Assembly: GCA_903813345.2 (NCBI GenBank)
Contig: CAIIXF020000001.1
Span: 14,818,001-14,882,000 of the forward strand
DNA: 64,000 nucleotides
Direction: 5' to 3'
Source of the DNA: Owenia fusiformis
Taxonomy: Eukaryota
Position numbers and translations under genes: made by a program. Below the pieces are notes generated by a model. It ran no database searches and was not told the DNA's origin. It saw nothing but the letters and a program-made list of their open reading frames with translations. Shown here piece after piece: positions 33,149-48,110 of this stretch. Positions within the stretch are counted from its first letter, which is position 1. Each line of letters opens with the position of its first letter.

Positions 33149-36100
33149 TAGGGAAAATAAGTAGTATAGACAGTAGAACGATTTAGAAAGTAACTTAATG
33201 TAATATAAGATATGTAAATGCGTATTTTCCAGCAGTGGTGTGAGAGGACGGGGCTTCTTAATTATTTATGATTATGATATACGTGCTGTATAATGTTATG
33301 TAGTTACTAATTACTCACTCTCCGAATTTAATTCATGATGTTTGAAACAATTAAGGTGGCTGCTTACTCATGCAATTAGTAAATGGTAGATAGTGGTTGG
33401 CAATGGCATCGGCCTACTAATATTTGAAAATACCTAATTTATAGATATCAAACTTAAATGACAACTTTAAAATAAATGTTTTGAGTAACCGATTGATGTA
33501 AATGTTGATCAACTTGTGTAAGGTTTCAACGTGCAGTGTATCACTTATACATATCACCCCACAATCACACGGATTGTTTTACTGTCTCCAAAAGCAACGA
33601 CATCTCTATTCCTCAGAATACATTATGCTAATTATAGGTAACTACATTTCGTTGGCATTGGAACATAGCTGAATGCCAGTTTAAATTGACATGTAATCAT
33701 CGTGTATGTATCGTAATTCATAACTGTGCTGTCGCTGTGTTTGTTGTGTGATGTCATAATACCCACTGTATTGTAAGTGTATATGTAGTAACTTCTTATT
33801 ATCCGTATAGTGAATAGTTATCACCCCATCCATCTGTTTACCTTGCGTCATGGACACCTAATACAATCACCTCATTACGAACCTGATTAATTATATGTTA
33901 GATGTAAAGGAGTTGATTAGAACAGGGTGAATAGAAATGTTTCATTTATATGCATGAAGTACTGTAGATCTAGAAGATTAATCACACATGTATGGCCTAT
34001 TTGTAATGTGCCTGGATAATTGTGTATGATCTAGAAACCTAATATGATGGATTGGATACATCTGTGGATATAATTATAGAATATACAAAATATTGATACG
34101 AAAATGAGAAAACGTCCATGTCCAATATTGCAGTTGCAAAATCGAAATCCAATTTGTAGTGACAGAAATAAATGAATAAGTTCAACAAACGTATAGTCAG
34201 AAAGTGAATTTGAACAAGAAAATAATACATATCCAATATTTATATAAAATGAAACTTAAATGAATTAACTATTAATTTGGTATTCAACCAGTCTCTATAA
34301 ATGTCCAAATAATTAAATCGTTGTGCCTTTCATCATTGCTTTATTCATAAATTAGGAAGTTACGTCTCCTCATTTCTTAAGTTACGGTACGTTTTCTAAA
34401 TATGTATCAAACTACCATTTATAGTGATTTGGCTCGTTTCAATCGTTACTTTGTGGCTTCTGATTGCAAAACAGGAAATTGAAATCAGACCAGGCAGCCT
34501 TCAATGCAAAACGCATCCTCTCTATTGTATTATAATCTCTTAAATGAGTATATACTGATACTGCTGTTCCATGTTTCCCCGAGGTCCAGGTATACTATAT
34601 GAAATAATAAAAGGAAGTCTCCGTCTGCAGTTTTATTATGATATCATGAGTTTAGTAGGAAACAATGGAAACCTGATGGTTGCTCCTTTAGGACATGCCA
34701 TACATGACATGTTGACTTCACAATTGTCATATACATCTAAATGCACAACTGTATGCTAATCTGTAATCGATGGATTAGTAGACCCAATATGCAATGCCCT
34801 GAGAGGTATCTGGTTTGTGTTCCAGAACATCAATAGCCACGTGCTGTCGGTATTCCCAATCGAACACTCCACCACGTATCTATCATAAATGCCATACTAA
34901 AGTTTCCTTATTGACACCTACATAACTCTTTTGAGGGATTACGATTTATTGAAATTATTAAAATATATTATTTGTATTTGTTTGCTTCTGTAAAACGGGT
35001 TATATTAATGAATGTGCTCATTTTAACATAGGCCTGGGTGTCATATAGACATCATGGTCCACGTTTCTAGCTGGTTCTTGTAAATATGCAAAAGCAACAC
35101 AATGTTTTGCTGTTATTAGTTGTATAAACAGAGTGTGAGACCTCAGAATAATGATACTTCAGTTTTGTTTTATTAGTAACATCATATCCATTGTACAGTC
35201 ATGCATTTGTTATGGCACTAAAGGTCGGGCAAAAGGTATCATCGTAAGAAATTAGATTGCTGAATTATAGCATCAGAATATTTATGTTGATACATCCGGT
35301 ATTAACAAAACGACAGTGAAACATATTCATTCTTATTTTTTATTCTTACATACAAATAAAAAATGTCAAGTTATACTTGTATTTCATCCCACTCATAATC
35401 AGGTTGTTTTTCTCATATTAGTGCACTGTATGGTACACGCTGTGTCTACATCAACGCACTTTCATTTAACAATTATGGCTGATGCATTATAAATAGATAA
35501 TCACACAAGTACCAAATATTACACATGGGAATTGCTTTCTTATTATAAATAGATGATCCAAATATATATTGTACCAAACATATTGCAATCAGCAGCAGCT
35601 GCAGGCCTGTCTCAATATGGGTTTTAACTGTATTGTGGAGCACGTTTATAGAAGTGCTCGATTATTACCTGCCCCCCACTGTGAAAAATAACAACTAGAA
35701 TGATATATGTTTTAAATATGGCAGAGTTACTAGTTAATATCGATCAGCACTAGTAATTAAGTCATAGACATTTGTATGTGTTAGTAATATGGTGAGAAAA
35801 AACTCATTATTCTATTATATTGCTTCACATTACACTAAAAAGACGAACGTAACGAAGCAAGGCAAATATCTCTTGTTTGTTAACAATACGCAGTGTTGCA
35901 TTATCACGAACAGTGAATACATTTTAAACAATTTTATGAACCACTATAACTTAGCAATATTTCATATTGATATTAATTATGCAGGTTGATACCATACATT
36001 TGTAATGTAAAACATCTGCTATTCAATTTAGTCCACCAAATAACAATGAATAATTTATCAATTAATTTAGGTTTTCGGTTTTTAAACATGCCTGAACAAT

Positions 36101-37840
36101 CGAAATGTGTCTCACGTTGACTTTATCAGTTACCATAAGTTCATAGATACATGCATACTCCCAAAGCCAAGATTTCCCATTTTGCAATTTCGCTGTGAGT
36201 GCTTTAAGCTTCCAAAATGCTTCCACAAAACATCTGTTACTGTAGTCTCTCAATTTAAATCTAGTTCAGGTATGAGTCATTCGGTGCAAATGATGGATTT
36301 TACTGAGATAAAATTGATGAAATGCAGATTGGTCCAAGTGTAGCACTACACACCTGTTTGAAGAGATTACTATTTTTGGAGTTTGAAACTTGCTGGAAAG
36401 TACCATGTCTTGCATGTGGTGATAAGTTCAGTAAACTATCTCCTATGGTTATCTAGTTGCTTGAAAAACGAAGGGTCCCTCAACACATCTGTGTTATGCT
36501 TTTTAGCTTGAGTGGAATTTGTATGCAACGACATGAAATACAGAACCAAAAAGACCAGTTCACAATACCAATCCTGTATCTACAAATTGTAGCACAGGAG
36601 GTATTTCTAACTGTGTCCAAGTCTTTATCAGGTGACCCATTTCTAGCAAATGAGATTTGTGTGTGTGTAGCAATAGAGCATAATTGAGAATGTGATCACA
36701 GTCATCCTTTAACCTGTAAATTGATTTCCTTAAGTCTAGCAATTTCCACCAGCTTTCAGAAGTCAATGATTCTAATAAAATCTTGAAATTAGTTCAAGCA
36801 TGTACAAACTAAGAGACTATCAATGCATTTATTGTATCCCAGTAGATGTTTCTTCATAGAGGCAGATGCGATTTATGACATATGATTATGTATTCATATG
36901 CTTGATATTATTCCATTATGAAAATCATGACGTTTAAAGAATCCATGACAGCAAGGTGCATGTGGGTTTAGATGAGGAATTATACTCCGCAAAGGAATAT
37001 CAAATATGTAAAACATATAAATAACTATATGGTATATGAATCTATTATTAGAATATTCTGTCACAAACGTGGCTATTATATTGATCCTTAAAAAATAGAC
37101 AAAAACATTTTCAAGATAAAAAACATTTCCATTTGTAAAAAAACATTTTCATTAAGTCTTTTTGGGATTGGTCATTGTGACAATATACACGGTTTTAGAA
37201 CTGTAGAATGTAAGCATACACGATGACAATGTAATTGGCAAATGTATAACCTGCATATGGAAAGGTTATTACAGTTACAATTACACCGCAGCTGCTCAAA
37301 ATCGAAATTAATAAAAATCTAAGATTGGCTATTAAATGAGGTTAGGCTGACCGTCCAAATGGTTGTATATCTCTCCAAGAGCCAAAGATACCATATCATT
37401 CGATAGAGCATACATTGTAACACTCTGTTGGTTGAGGATTACATATGAAATATGTTTACGCTATAAACCATCGACCTTATCTGAATATATTTTATTTTAC
37501 TACTATTTTATTTCATTTTGTCAATATTGAGTGCTGATACAATTTTTTCTAGTCAGTTGACCTTTAGAAAAGAAATAAACACATATTATTTATTATACGT
37601 TTAGTAATGTAATTATGATACGTGTTGCATTTTCCTTTTCTTGGTTAGCTTTAGAGACCAAAGTGATGTTCACGAGCCATATTCCAACATTCACCGCTAA
37701 TAAAGATGGATTTCACAGTGATATGTCTCAACACAATGACAAATGTGACAGAAATCCAATAGTTTTCCTTCGTAGGATATGGGAATATTATTGTAAGCTT
37801 ACTAATGTTTTCATTTGACCATTCACTACTTCATACATTC

Positions 37841-37932
37841 GACTCTTACTAATACCCTTTGCATTCGTTTGACTTCAATTCTTAAAAGAGAGCTTCGTCT
37901 TGTAGTTTAACTAGACTCTGCACGCAGGGTAT
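37841..37932 (-). repeat. Dispersed repeat; inverted copy of 21722-21812
   Basis: ...TTAAAAGAGAGCTTC...TAACTAGACTCTGCACGCAGGGTAT. Confidence 0.7.
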
Positions 37933-38119
37933 CTTGCTAACTAAACCCCCGATGAATTTTGAGCAATATATATCCCCCAATCGACCCCTCGGTTAATAAA
38001 AAGAAATTGTCGAAAGTGAGGTTGTTTTCTAACTACAATCATTCATGGTTTCTTTTGGGCCACCTGAGAAGATTCAAGTGTATGTTTTAAGTATTAAGAC
38101 ACAATTAAAAAATAGATGA

Positions 38120-40180
38120 ATACCATGGTGAAATGGACCATGGCCATACCATGGTATACCATGGTATGACCATGGTATACCATGGTATATGGCCATGAAA
38201 TGCAATGAAATACCATGGTAATACCATGGTATGGCCATGGTCCATTTCACCGTTAAATGGCACCATTGCATTTCATTGTTAACAGTGCGTTTTTAACATG
38301 GAGTTTTCCATTGAAAAAATACTGCCGTTTCGCAGTATTTCATGGTCAGAAACCATCAAATGCAATGATATCATGGTCAAGTTCTCGGCCATGATATCAT
38401 TGCATTTGATGGTTTCTTGACCATGATATCATTGCATTTGATGGTTTCTGACCATGAAATACTGTGAAACGGCAGTATTTTTTCAATGGGAAACTCCATG
38501 TTAAAAAAACGCTCCTGACCATGAAATGCAATGGTGCCATTTAACGATCATGATATACCATGGTATACCATGGTCAATTAACATGTAATTTTGTATCTAA
38601 AAAATACCACCGTTTCACAGTATTTGATGGTCAAATACCATCAAATGCAGTGATATCATGGTCTAGACATTTAACCATGATATGCAATGGAGCCATTTAA
38701 TTATCCGATCTACCATGGTATACAGTGGAAACTATACTTAAAATTTTGCATTTAAAAATACTGCTATTTTGCAGTATTTCATGGTTGCAAACCATCAAAT
38801 GCAATGAAGTACAGTCAAGATGTTTAATCGAAGACTGGAGGTTTGACTTACAAAATATTAAGTTGATCTCCTATTTAACTGACAACAGTCAAATAAAAGT
38901 AAAGCATATTTGTTTAACAAAAAAAAATTGTTTCTAGGGTTATTAACTTAATTATTTATAATAGAAATTAATTTATTAAATAAAGGAACAAAAGTATATA
39001 AATTTGTGATTTTGATGAATATCAGAATCACTAATTATAATAATTTGGTTATCTAATTAACATTTATTAATAAAGATATTTCATGTAAAAAATACTTTTT
39101 GAACATGGTCTTTCATTGTATTTCACTGCATTGCAAGAAAGACCATTGCATATCATGATCAATCATTGTATTTCATTGCATTTCATGGTTAAACGTGGTA
39201 TTTCATAGCATTTCATGATCCATTTCAACTCTGACCAAATTTAGACTTGAGACTCTTGTAGAGTTCTTTTTAGCAATGAAATACCATGGTATAACCATGG
39301 TATTTGATGGTCAGGTTTGACAATGAAATGCTATGAAATACAATCAACCACGAAATGCAATGATATGCCATGATAAATGATAGTTATGATTATGGCAATG
39401 AAATACCATGGTATGACCATAGTATTTGATGGTCAGGTTTGACAATAAAATGCCATGAAATACCACCAACCATGAAATGCAATGATAAAACCATGATAAA
39501 TGAGAGTTATGATTTTGGCAATGAAATGACATGGTATGACCATGGTAATTGATTGTCACACGGTACAATGAAATGCCATGAAATGTCATCAACCATGATA
39601 TACAATGGTAATACCATGGTAAATGATGGTCAGGTACATAACAATAAAATATCATGGTATGACCATGACATTTGATTGTCAAATTGTACAATGAAATACC
39701 ATCAACCATGATATACAATGGTAATACCATGGTAAATGATGGTCAGGAACATGGCAATGAAATACCATGGTATGACCATGGTATTTGATTGTCACATCTT
39801 ATAATGAAATGCCATCAACCATGATATACCATGGTAAATTATGGTCAGGAACATGGCATTGAAATACCATGGTATTTGATTGTCACATCTTACAATGAAA
39901 TGCCATGAAATGCAATCAACCATGATATACCATGGTAATACCATGGTAAATGATGGTCAGGAACATGGCAATGAAATACCATGGTATTTGATGGCAAACT
40001 TTGGACATGAAATACCATGAAACATGGTATAACATGATATACCATGGTCAAAAATTGACCAAAAAAACATCATTGCCACCATGGTCAGAGTTGATGGTAA
40101 TTTCATTGCCGATCATGATAGACCATGGTAAACCATGGTATACCATGGTATCATGGTTTACGTTTAAACATGGTAGCACA
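38120..40180. repeat. Complex palindromic satellite built from TACCATGGTA / CATGAAATGCAATG motifs, in two blocks separated by an AT-rich spacer
   Basis: Dozens of CCATGG 10-mer variants at 38120-38810 and 39100-40160; higher-order ~100-120-bp repeats at 39275-39995; ~130-bp inverted arms at 38251-38380 and 38416-38546. Confidence 0.88.
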
Positions 40181-43100
40181 CAATAGTGCATGCCTTCATT
40201 TTATTAAAATAGGATCACTAAAGTGCCCTATAATTTTTTTAATTATGCTATAAGATAGCTGAAAACAAAATATCTCTGGACAAATGTATGTTGACAAAAT
40301 GGAAAAGGAATAAATATATTTGTCAACGTATGAAATACCTCATTGTCATTACTAATAAAATAAACTATACGAGTAAGGTTATTTGTTGACACCAAGAGTA
40401 TTTGTCAGTTTGGATTGTGATAATGGGGTAGAGGGTGAAAGGCATTATTTCTTTGTCACTGTTGGATAATTTAGGGATATCGGGGATTAGAATTCCTTAT
40501 GACTGATTGACATTTACGAAAATATACTCTGCTGTAGTATATAGTTTAACCGACCTTTGCAAATGTTATTTTATTGCCCTGATATACCTTAGATGCTTTC
40601 ATACAAAAACGTACCTTATGTATCATTTATGTATCACTCATTAACTGAAAGATGCCTGCATAAAAATATCATCAAAACTAGATTTTCCAAATAACTATAA
40701 TAGGCTCACCCAAATTCAACATCAAACCACGACATGAAAGAATGTTATTTCAGAATTCCCTTCTGTTGAAGGACCAAACCCGACTATCTTAATCCGATAC
40801 TCACTGGTGTATCATCAAATTATGCTCATGCATTAAAGATGATAATGCGAGGCTGAATGCAGGTATAAAGATCCATTTATTGATGCAGATTATTTTGTGT
40901 ATGCCATTCATGGATTCTTTTAAGTTATTTCCCAGTTTTCCTTGATCCTTTGATGTACCATGGTTGGGGTAGAAGCACATTGTTCTCAATGATCATGCAA
41001 GTAATAATGATTTTTGCAATATACATGTTTCAATACAAATATTCAGTATTATTGATATCTCAAGGTAAAGACCTTACAAATACAGACGGATATTTTTTCA
41101 AGTTCAGAGTTTCAATAAATTGACAACTCACATAATTGCATTTACTCCAGGGTGACCGAAAATATAAAATCCTCTATTTTATAGATCATAGGACAAAATT
41201 GACAAAGTTATTCCAAAATTAAGGGTTTCATCTTTTTTATTATGTTCATAATAACAATCAAGAAATGACCCAAATAATTGCAAAGACAGAAATTTCCATT
41301 TTAGAAAATTGAATTTTGAAGTTATTTGGATGGTTATATATGAGAAGATACATATAGTATAGACAGAACATGATCTAAGTTTAAGATGCAAGGACAAAGG
41401 TGAACCGTTGCACCATTGAATGCTACAAAGCAAGAGATTTGAATGAATTCAACCTAAATTGATAGATACTCCAAATATATAAGTACAAGTGCCAAAGGGA
41501 AAATACCAAAAACTGTTAAGAAACCTAGCAAGGTTACATAGTGATTGCATTCGCCCTGTGAATACCTGATGCAAAATACAACTTGCAAGGTCATTATACT
41601 TTTGGCATTATTTGGGATATAGCCCTATTGTTGATGTACCTATGTTGATGTACAAGAAACAGTAAAGCATTGTTTTTTCTGTTTAGCCTTCATAAAGCAA
41701 TATGTAATCCACATTGGTCCTCTGGGTGTCAAATAATAATCACCGAATGTGTCATGGGAACTCATCAAAAGTTCTGACACGCATTTTGAAAATGTTCCTT
41801 GATTGAAATTGAATGTCCCTGCAGGTTTGAACTTTCACAAGCAACATTTATAATATATAAAACTAATAAGATCAGACTTCACTCTTCTGATTATAAGAGT
41901 CTCCAAGGAGATATGATGGCATTTAGAACAAAGTTAGGATGCTGAAAGAATACTGTATGCATTATGCATGAACCTTTGCCTAGCTGGCTCTTGAAGACAA
42001 TACAAAACTTCAATGTTTATTGTTTATCATCATAAAGAGTCTTGTGTTAAAGGATTAGATACTCATAATTTTAATGTTTTATATTTGAAATTGTTTTTTT
42101 CCAGAAATTGCATGAAAAATAAATGAATAAGAATAAGTTTGGAGGATATTTACAAGATGATCAAAGATCCAAATCCAATACTAGTTGTATGGTCTAAACT
42201 GTTCTGACAATACGACATGAACGATAATTCAATTTCTAATTTATTTTGTGTAATGAGATTGCTGTGTTACTGCCTATTAAAACTGCCCAAATAAGGCTAC
42301 TCATGAGTCTGGAATCTAATTTATATGTCATGTGCCATATGACAATTACAATATATTATTCTAGGTAACATGGAAAAATAATAGGCAGTAATACAGCATG
42401 TCATTATGATCTTTGAAAAATGGAAAGTAAAGGTGCAAAAAGTCAAGAAGGGGTGCAAGGTGTTAATAACACTGTCCATGTGAACCATTACATTCCCCAA
42501 AGTGGAATCATTTCAAAATGAAACTTACACTTTGTGTTGACCACCTGAAGTGCACAAATTTCTTAATCAATTGTCTGAAAGGAGATCTGCAATCATTTTC
42601 CAAGTGGAGAGGAATATCAAATTTTACTTGATGCCTAAGTTAACAATATTACTAAGTATTGCTAAAAAATTCTCCTTTCTTACATCTTCGTCTCCCGAAT
42701 GATTTTTTTATTTGGTGATAGTTTGACTACTGAGTCTTCTGACAGACCAAGTGATATTCAAGACATTTGTCTTGCCTGAATGAAAGATAAGTCAATAGCG
42801 ATAAAATATATAGCATAGACATTCCAGGAAACTAGCAACTTAATAATGTGTTCTGGAGAAAAAAGACACGAATCCACATTTCACTTAGCCACAGAGCACT
42901 TTTATTTTACCTAAGAGTTGTTCAGTCTCAGTTAAAGTAGTGTAGCATTTACACGCACTGTTAACATTTATTTAGATTACTTGGTAATGAGCACACCTGT
43001 GAATGCTTTGATGTACACAGGTAATCCAGCTCACCTGAAACTAGACAAAATCACCTGTAAATAATTCAATTAGACCTAACACTTTCTTGCCTTCAGCTGA

Positions 43101-46100
43101 GGTTGTTATTTTAACAGCCAGTTTATAAAGGCAAACTAACATACCCATTCAATTACATAAAAGGATTGACTCAAGTCTTATGTAGATCTTACAGGTTGGA
43201 ACTTGCTTGCAAAGTTAAGTCAACCAGCTAAACAGGATAATAAAACTATCTCTGTTCTTTAAACGATAAATTTTGTCAACCTAATCCACCTAACAAAAGG
43301 AAGCCTCACATCAGCCTTTTATATTACCCATTGCTTTACTAGTTGGAATCATACATTTGGATAATTATTTAAATCTATTATAAATCAAAACTGGAATTAC
43401 TCTTCCAACCTAATGGTTTCAATATTAGATATATTGGAGCATTCAAAACATTTTATCACACCTCGGATCATAAAACAGCGTAATCAACCCAAGACGTGAA
43501 AAAGTAACACAACCATATCCCAAAAGAGCCATCAGACCAAAATAAAGAATGCGCAATCATACGTTAGGGTGTGTTATATGTGAAATATTAGTCTCCAATG
43601 TATTTCGCCAGACAGGCACCTTTTGCATTACATGTAAAAAGATTGAGACATTTTCATATAGACACTGCTTCACTAATCAGAAGAATACTGCATAGAGTAA
43701 ACATAAAGATAAGACCAACTGTCATTGAAACTCATACATGCAATCATTCAGGACAATCAGAAACATGAAAAACCACAGACTGGTGGAATATGAATAGTAA
43801 TATGTTATAAGATATCTTGTATGTAAGAGAAATAACATATTATGCAAAATGAGGTTGAGAGGGTTTATCATGCAAAGAATAACAATTTAAAACATGCCTT
43901 GAAGGGGCTAGTACTCAATGTACTATTGCATCCTTATTGTTGCTCTTTTAATATTAAAAACCTGTTACCTTTCAACTTCTAGTATTTGAAGCAATCTATG
44001 GTATGACATATTAGATATATTTAGAACTGCAATTGATTCTGTATCTTCATCTCAATAGATGTGCTAATCAATTACATAATTCTTGTGTTTGCTCATGTCT
44101 TGGTGTAAATTACTGGAAGACTACATTGAGTGTTATGTTCTTATTTCATTTACGTATGCAAAAAGCCTTGAAAAGTGGATTGATGCATTGAGGTATTGTT
44201 GATATAAGTGTCAATATATTGTATTAATGAAAGCATGAAAAACAGTGATAATGAATTTATCCATGTTTCAATGTTGTTCAGTAGAATTATGTGATCAGGT
44301 GTGAGGCACCTCTGGATTCTTGATTACCTAAAGTATGCTTGCCACTATGCACTATTTAATATAGAACTGCTCCTAGCAGAGCTTTGATATTCCCTTGGAT
44401 ATCTTAATATGATAAATGTGATCTTAAAATAGACAAGCTGGTTATAAATAGCTCTGTGATGATCTGGGCAAGGCATCTGGATGTGGAATATTAGTGCAAT
44501 CATGCATTAGATAAACCTCTGGTATCATAACCCAAACAGAAACCTAATTTCAAAATGTTCTGTACCTTGTCATTGATTACTCAAAGACACAGTAACCTGA
44601 AGGGAGAAAACTTTGGACAGGCAATGGAAATATAGTTGCAATCAATCAGAGAATATGTTATGCATGAACAATTTCCATCAAACAATAGTACTATGAACCT
44701 AGAACCTTAAAATGAATTCTTGAAATAAAGGTTGATAGCTTAGATATTTGCCATTCATATCAAAATACATGTTCTAATTTTTATACATTTCATAAAGAAC
44801 AAAAGCAGCCTAAAAGGCCAACAGACAGTTTCAAGGGACAAAAATGTACAATTGGTATAACAGACACCATTCAGTGACAGAAAGCTCAAATCCGAACCAC
44901 AAACTGAATTGTAACATTCCCTTTCACAGGAAAGGGGGAGGAGATTATGAGTATAGTCTCTTATTTTCTCATACTTATAGAGCTGTATCTGAGAAGACAC
45001 AACCTAGACCCTTTGGGGCTCTTGAACTTTAGGTTCTCTCACACCACATCCAATGAATGGTTGATGTATAAAATCATGCACATTGTATGCAAAGCTTTTC
45101 TGACAGTATAAGCCAAGCTTACTATGAAGTGGATATGTCCTAACAGTTCATAGCATCAACACATTTGCATGTTTATTCATACTTTCAAAAAATGATTAAT
45201 ATTTGTCAAGTGGACAGAAGATTAGTGTGCAGCAGAAATCAGAATAATCCATATCTAGTTCTTTGGAACACCATCTCAATTTTGATAAATGGACAAGCAA
45301 TTAGAGAGTTTCCTGAGAACTGCACCAGCCAACATGACCTGTGTAGAGGAGTCAAGAAGGGGAAATGACTACAGGGCTGAAAATAGCATGCCATATCTCT
45401 GAGATGAAGTAGTTTACATGTAGCTATCATCATCAATAAGAGAAATGAGATGCCTATCTAAGCCAACCTGCTGTCACCACATTCTATATCTGGAAAAGAC
45501 GGCTATTTCTTGACAGAATTACGCCATTAGAAGCTTAACATATAGTATTTTTAAGGTTTCATTTTTCTGGAATCAGAGAAGTCTAGTCATTCCTATAAAC
45601 ATCCTGCTGTCATATCTCTTACCTGAGAACACCTGTGCAGTAGACCACATGGGTGCTTTTTCGATTTGATAATATTAATATGCTTTACTGCTGCCATATA
45701 GCAGGGAACAGGCTCGAAACTTACCAATTACAAGTATCAAATAGACTGCTGTACCAAAACATGAGATTACAGGTACATTTACAGGGCTATAAGGAAATGG
45801 AAATATATTTGTCCTAACAGTGTTAATGTCTGTCTTAAATACATTGTCATTTATTCAGTCTTAATCAAGAAAAATGTTTGTGTGAATGGGGATGTACAAA
45901 GGGCAATATTTGGAATAACATCCAAGAAGGCCACAAATTATTTTTTTAGAAAATGCACAACATAGTGTACCAAATTAAATACATATCTTAACCTCAATGA
46001 TACATAAACAAAGGGGAAAGACACATGAGTATCAAGTAATATAGCAATACCTGTTATAAGGAAAACAAACCTCCAATATCCAAAATATGATAAACAAAGA

Positions 46101-47699
46101 AACAATGTGTAACACACCCTCCATCAACCATTAAGGAATCATTATCACAATACAAAACCACAAATCATTAGACATTTCATTCATACTCATTAGATGACAT
46201 GTTGACACACAAATGAATACCAGTATACCCAGAACACATATATATATTACCATTTCTAAACTCATTGATTAATGGTTGATATCTTATTTTTGCAATGAAC
46301 AATGAATTAATACTCACATACAGTGCTTTAACCCATTGGACTTGTTCACTGGAAATAGAAATATTGTATAAGATTGAAATACTCACAAACTGTCTTGGTA
46401 TGTAACTCATATAAGCAAAATTAATACTATTAAACACTGAGCTGACTAACACACTGGTCACATTTGTGTCAGGTGCCCTAGCTTGTGCCAGCTGATTTTG
46501 GCCTAAAACTCATCAGCCAAACGCCAGTTCAGAAACAAGAGCAAATCTGACTGAGGTATAAACAAAAGGTACCTTGCACATTTCATGATTGAGTTACATA
46601 TATTAATAATTTCTGTCATTTATTGAAAATAAACTGCGACATGTAAATATAAAGCAAAATGTATCTGCATCACATACATTACCATATATTACCTTTACTG
46701 GCACAATCCAAATTCATAAAAGTTGTTGTTACTCATTGACTTCATATGCCATGGTGCACATGTGGACAGCCATACAGAATCACAGCAGTTGCAATCACTG
46801 AAAATAAAAATACTGGTGTTAATTTATGGACAAGTATGTATTGCAGGAAAGTATACCCCAACTATCCCAAATCATAATCAAAGATGAAAAGAAACGTTGT
46901 CTAATAATCCCACCATTTAAGTACCAATATCACAATCCACGACCATAACACCAAGGGACATTTCTTTCATACTGAAGTCAATACAATACATCAAGACATT
47001 CCTGATACTCATCTTATCTTTCTGTTTCAATAGAAACTCAAGCCTGGACATGAATGAGATGTTACGGCATACCATTATGGTACTATTTCAGGATAAAGGA
47101 CCATTTGGTCACATCTAAATTCAAATGGGGCAATTTTTTATTTTGTAAATAATATTGGAGTCTTATTACATAACATGAAGATGTTTCATTTTCTTGCTCT
47201 TGTTTGTAACACTTTCTTTTTTCCCTTTGGCACTTTTGTATACATATTTGTACTGTTTGAATCATAGACATCACAAAGTTGACTTCAATTCAACTTCCAA
47301 ACATAAGTAGTGGTAATTATGTCAAATGAACCAATTTACTTGATACTTTAAGAGATTTATGAAACACAGGATTTAGACTGTCGTTCTAAAAAGAGTGCAC
47401 TCAATCTCCACTTCTTTTCTAAACATAGTTGATGGCTAACATTAGAGGCTTTAATTACCAACTTAATTATGAGTAATTATTACCAAAATAGCCATACTTA
47501 CCTGTACTCAGGCAGTCAGGAACATCTAATTCTACGATCTTCTGTTTTCTTGAATTCTGCTCGATTGTACTTTGTCATCAAATAAGGACTTCTCATATTT
47601 TTAACCTTTCTTTTGCGCATTTAGTAAATTATGGATGTACAATATTTTCAAAAATACAACAAAATCAAAATGTTCTCCTAAAATGTTATTCAAAAACAC

Positions 47700-48110
47700 C
47701 TTTTGACAAAAAGGAAGATTACACTCTAAATTTGCCTGGAATTATCACTTTAACAAAATTATGTACAATATCCAAAATGACAGGGCACCCTCCTATGTAA
47801 CTGATATATTTCTACCATTCAAATACCACAATCCAAGATAACTCTGATATCCTCGTGACTACCAAATACCTCCTAATATATCTTCAAAATTCAGAAGATC
47901 ACCATGCATTCAGTTGTTGGAAAAATGGGACTCAGTTCCCAAGAATATCAAAAATAGCCCAACTTCTTACTCCTTCAAACAAGAGATCATATGTAAAAAC
48001 AAAATTATATCAACTTCCAGTTTAACTTTATCACAATCTCAAGAAATCATACTTAACAAATGAGAGTTGACTTATTTTTAACTTCATCTTCAAACCCATC
48101 TTGTCAGAAA
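47700..48110 (+). pseudogene. Decayed 3' end of a CR1/L2-type LINE ORF2
   Basis: From 47761: MYNIQNDRAPSYVTDIF...*L*...KFRRSPCIQLLEKWDSVPKNIKNSPTSYSFKQ, matching the MYKIxNxxAPxYL...WNxLPxxIxxSxSxxxFK tail; in-frame stops present. Confidence 0.6.

Noticed and set aside
39344-39730. 128-aa His/Met-rich ORF on the minus strand
   Set aside because: Lies entirely within the CCATGG satellite; its periodicity comes from the repeat.
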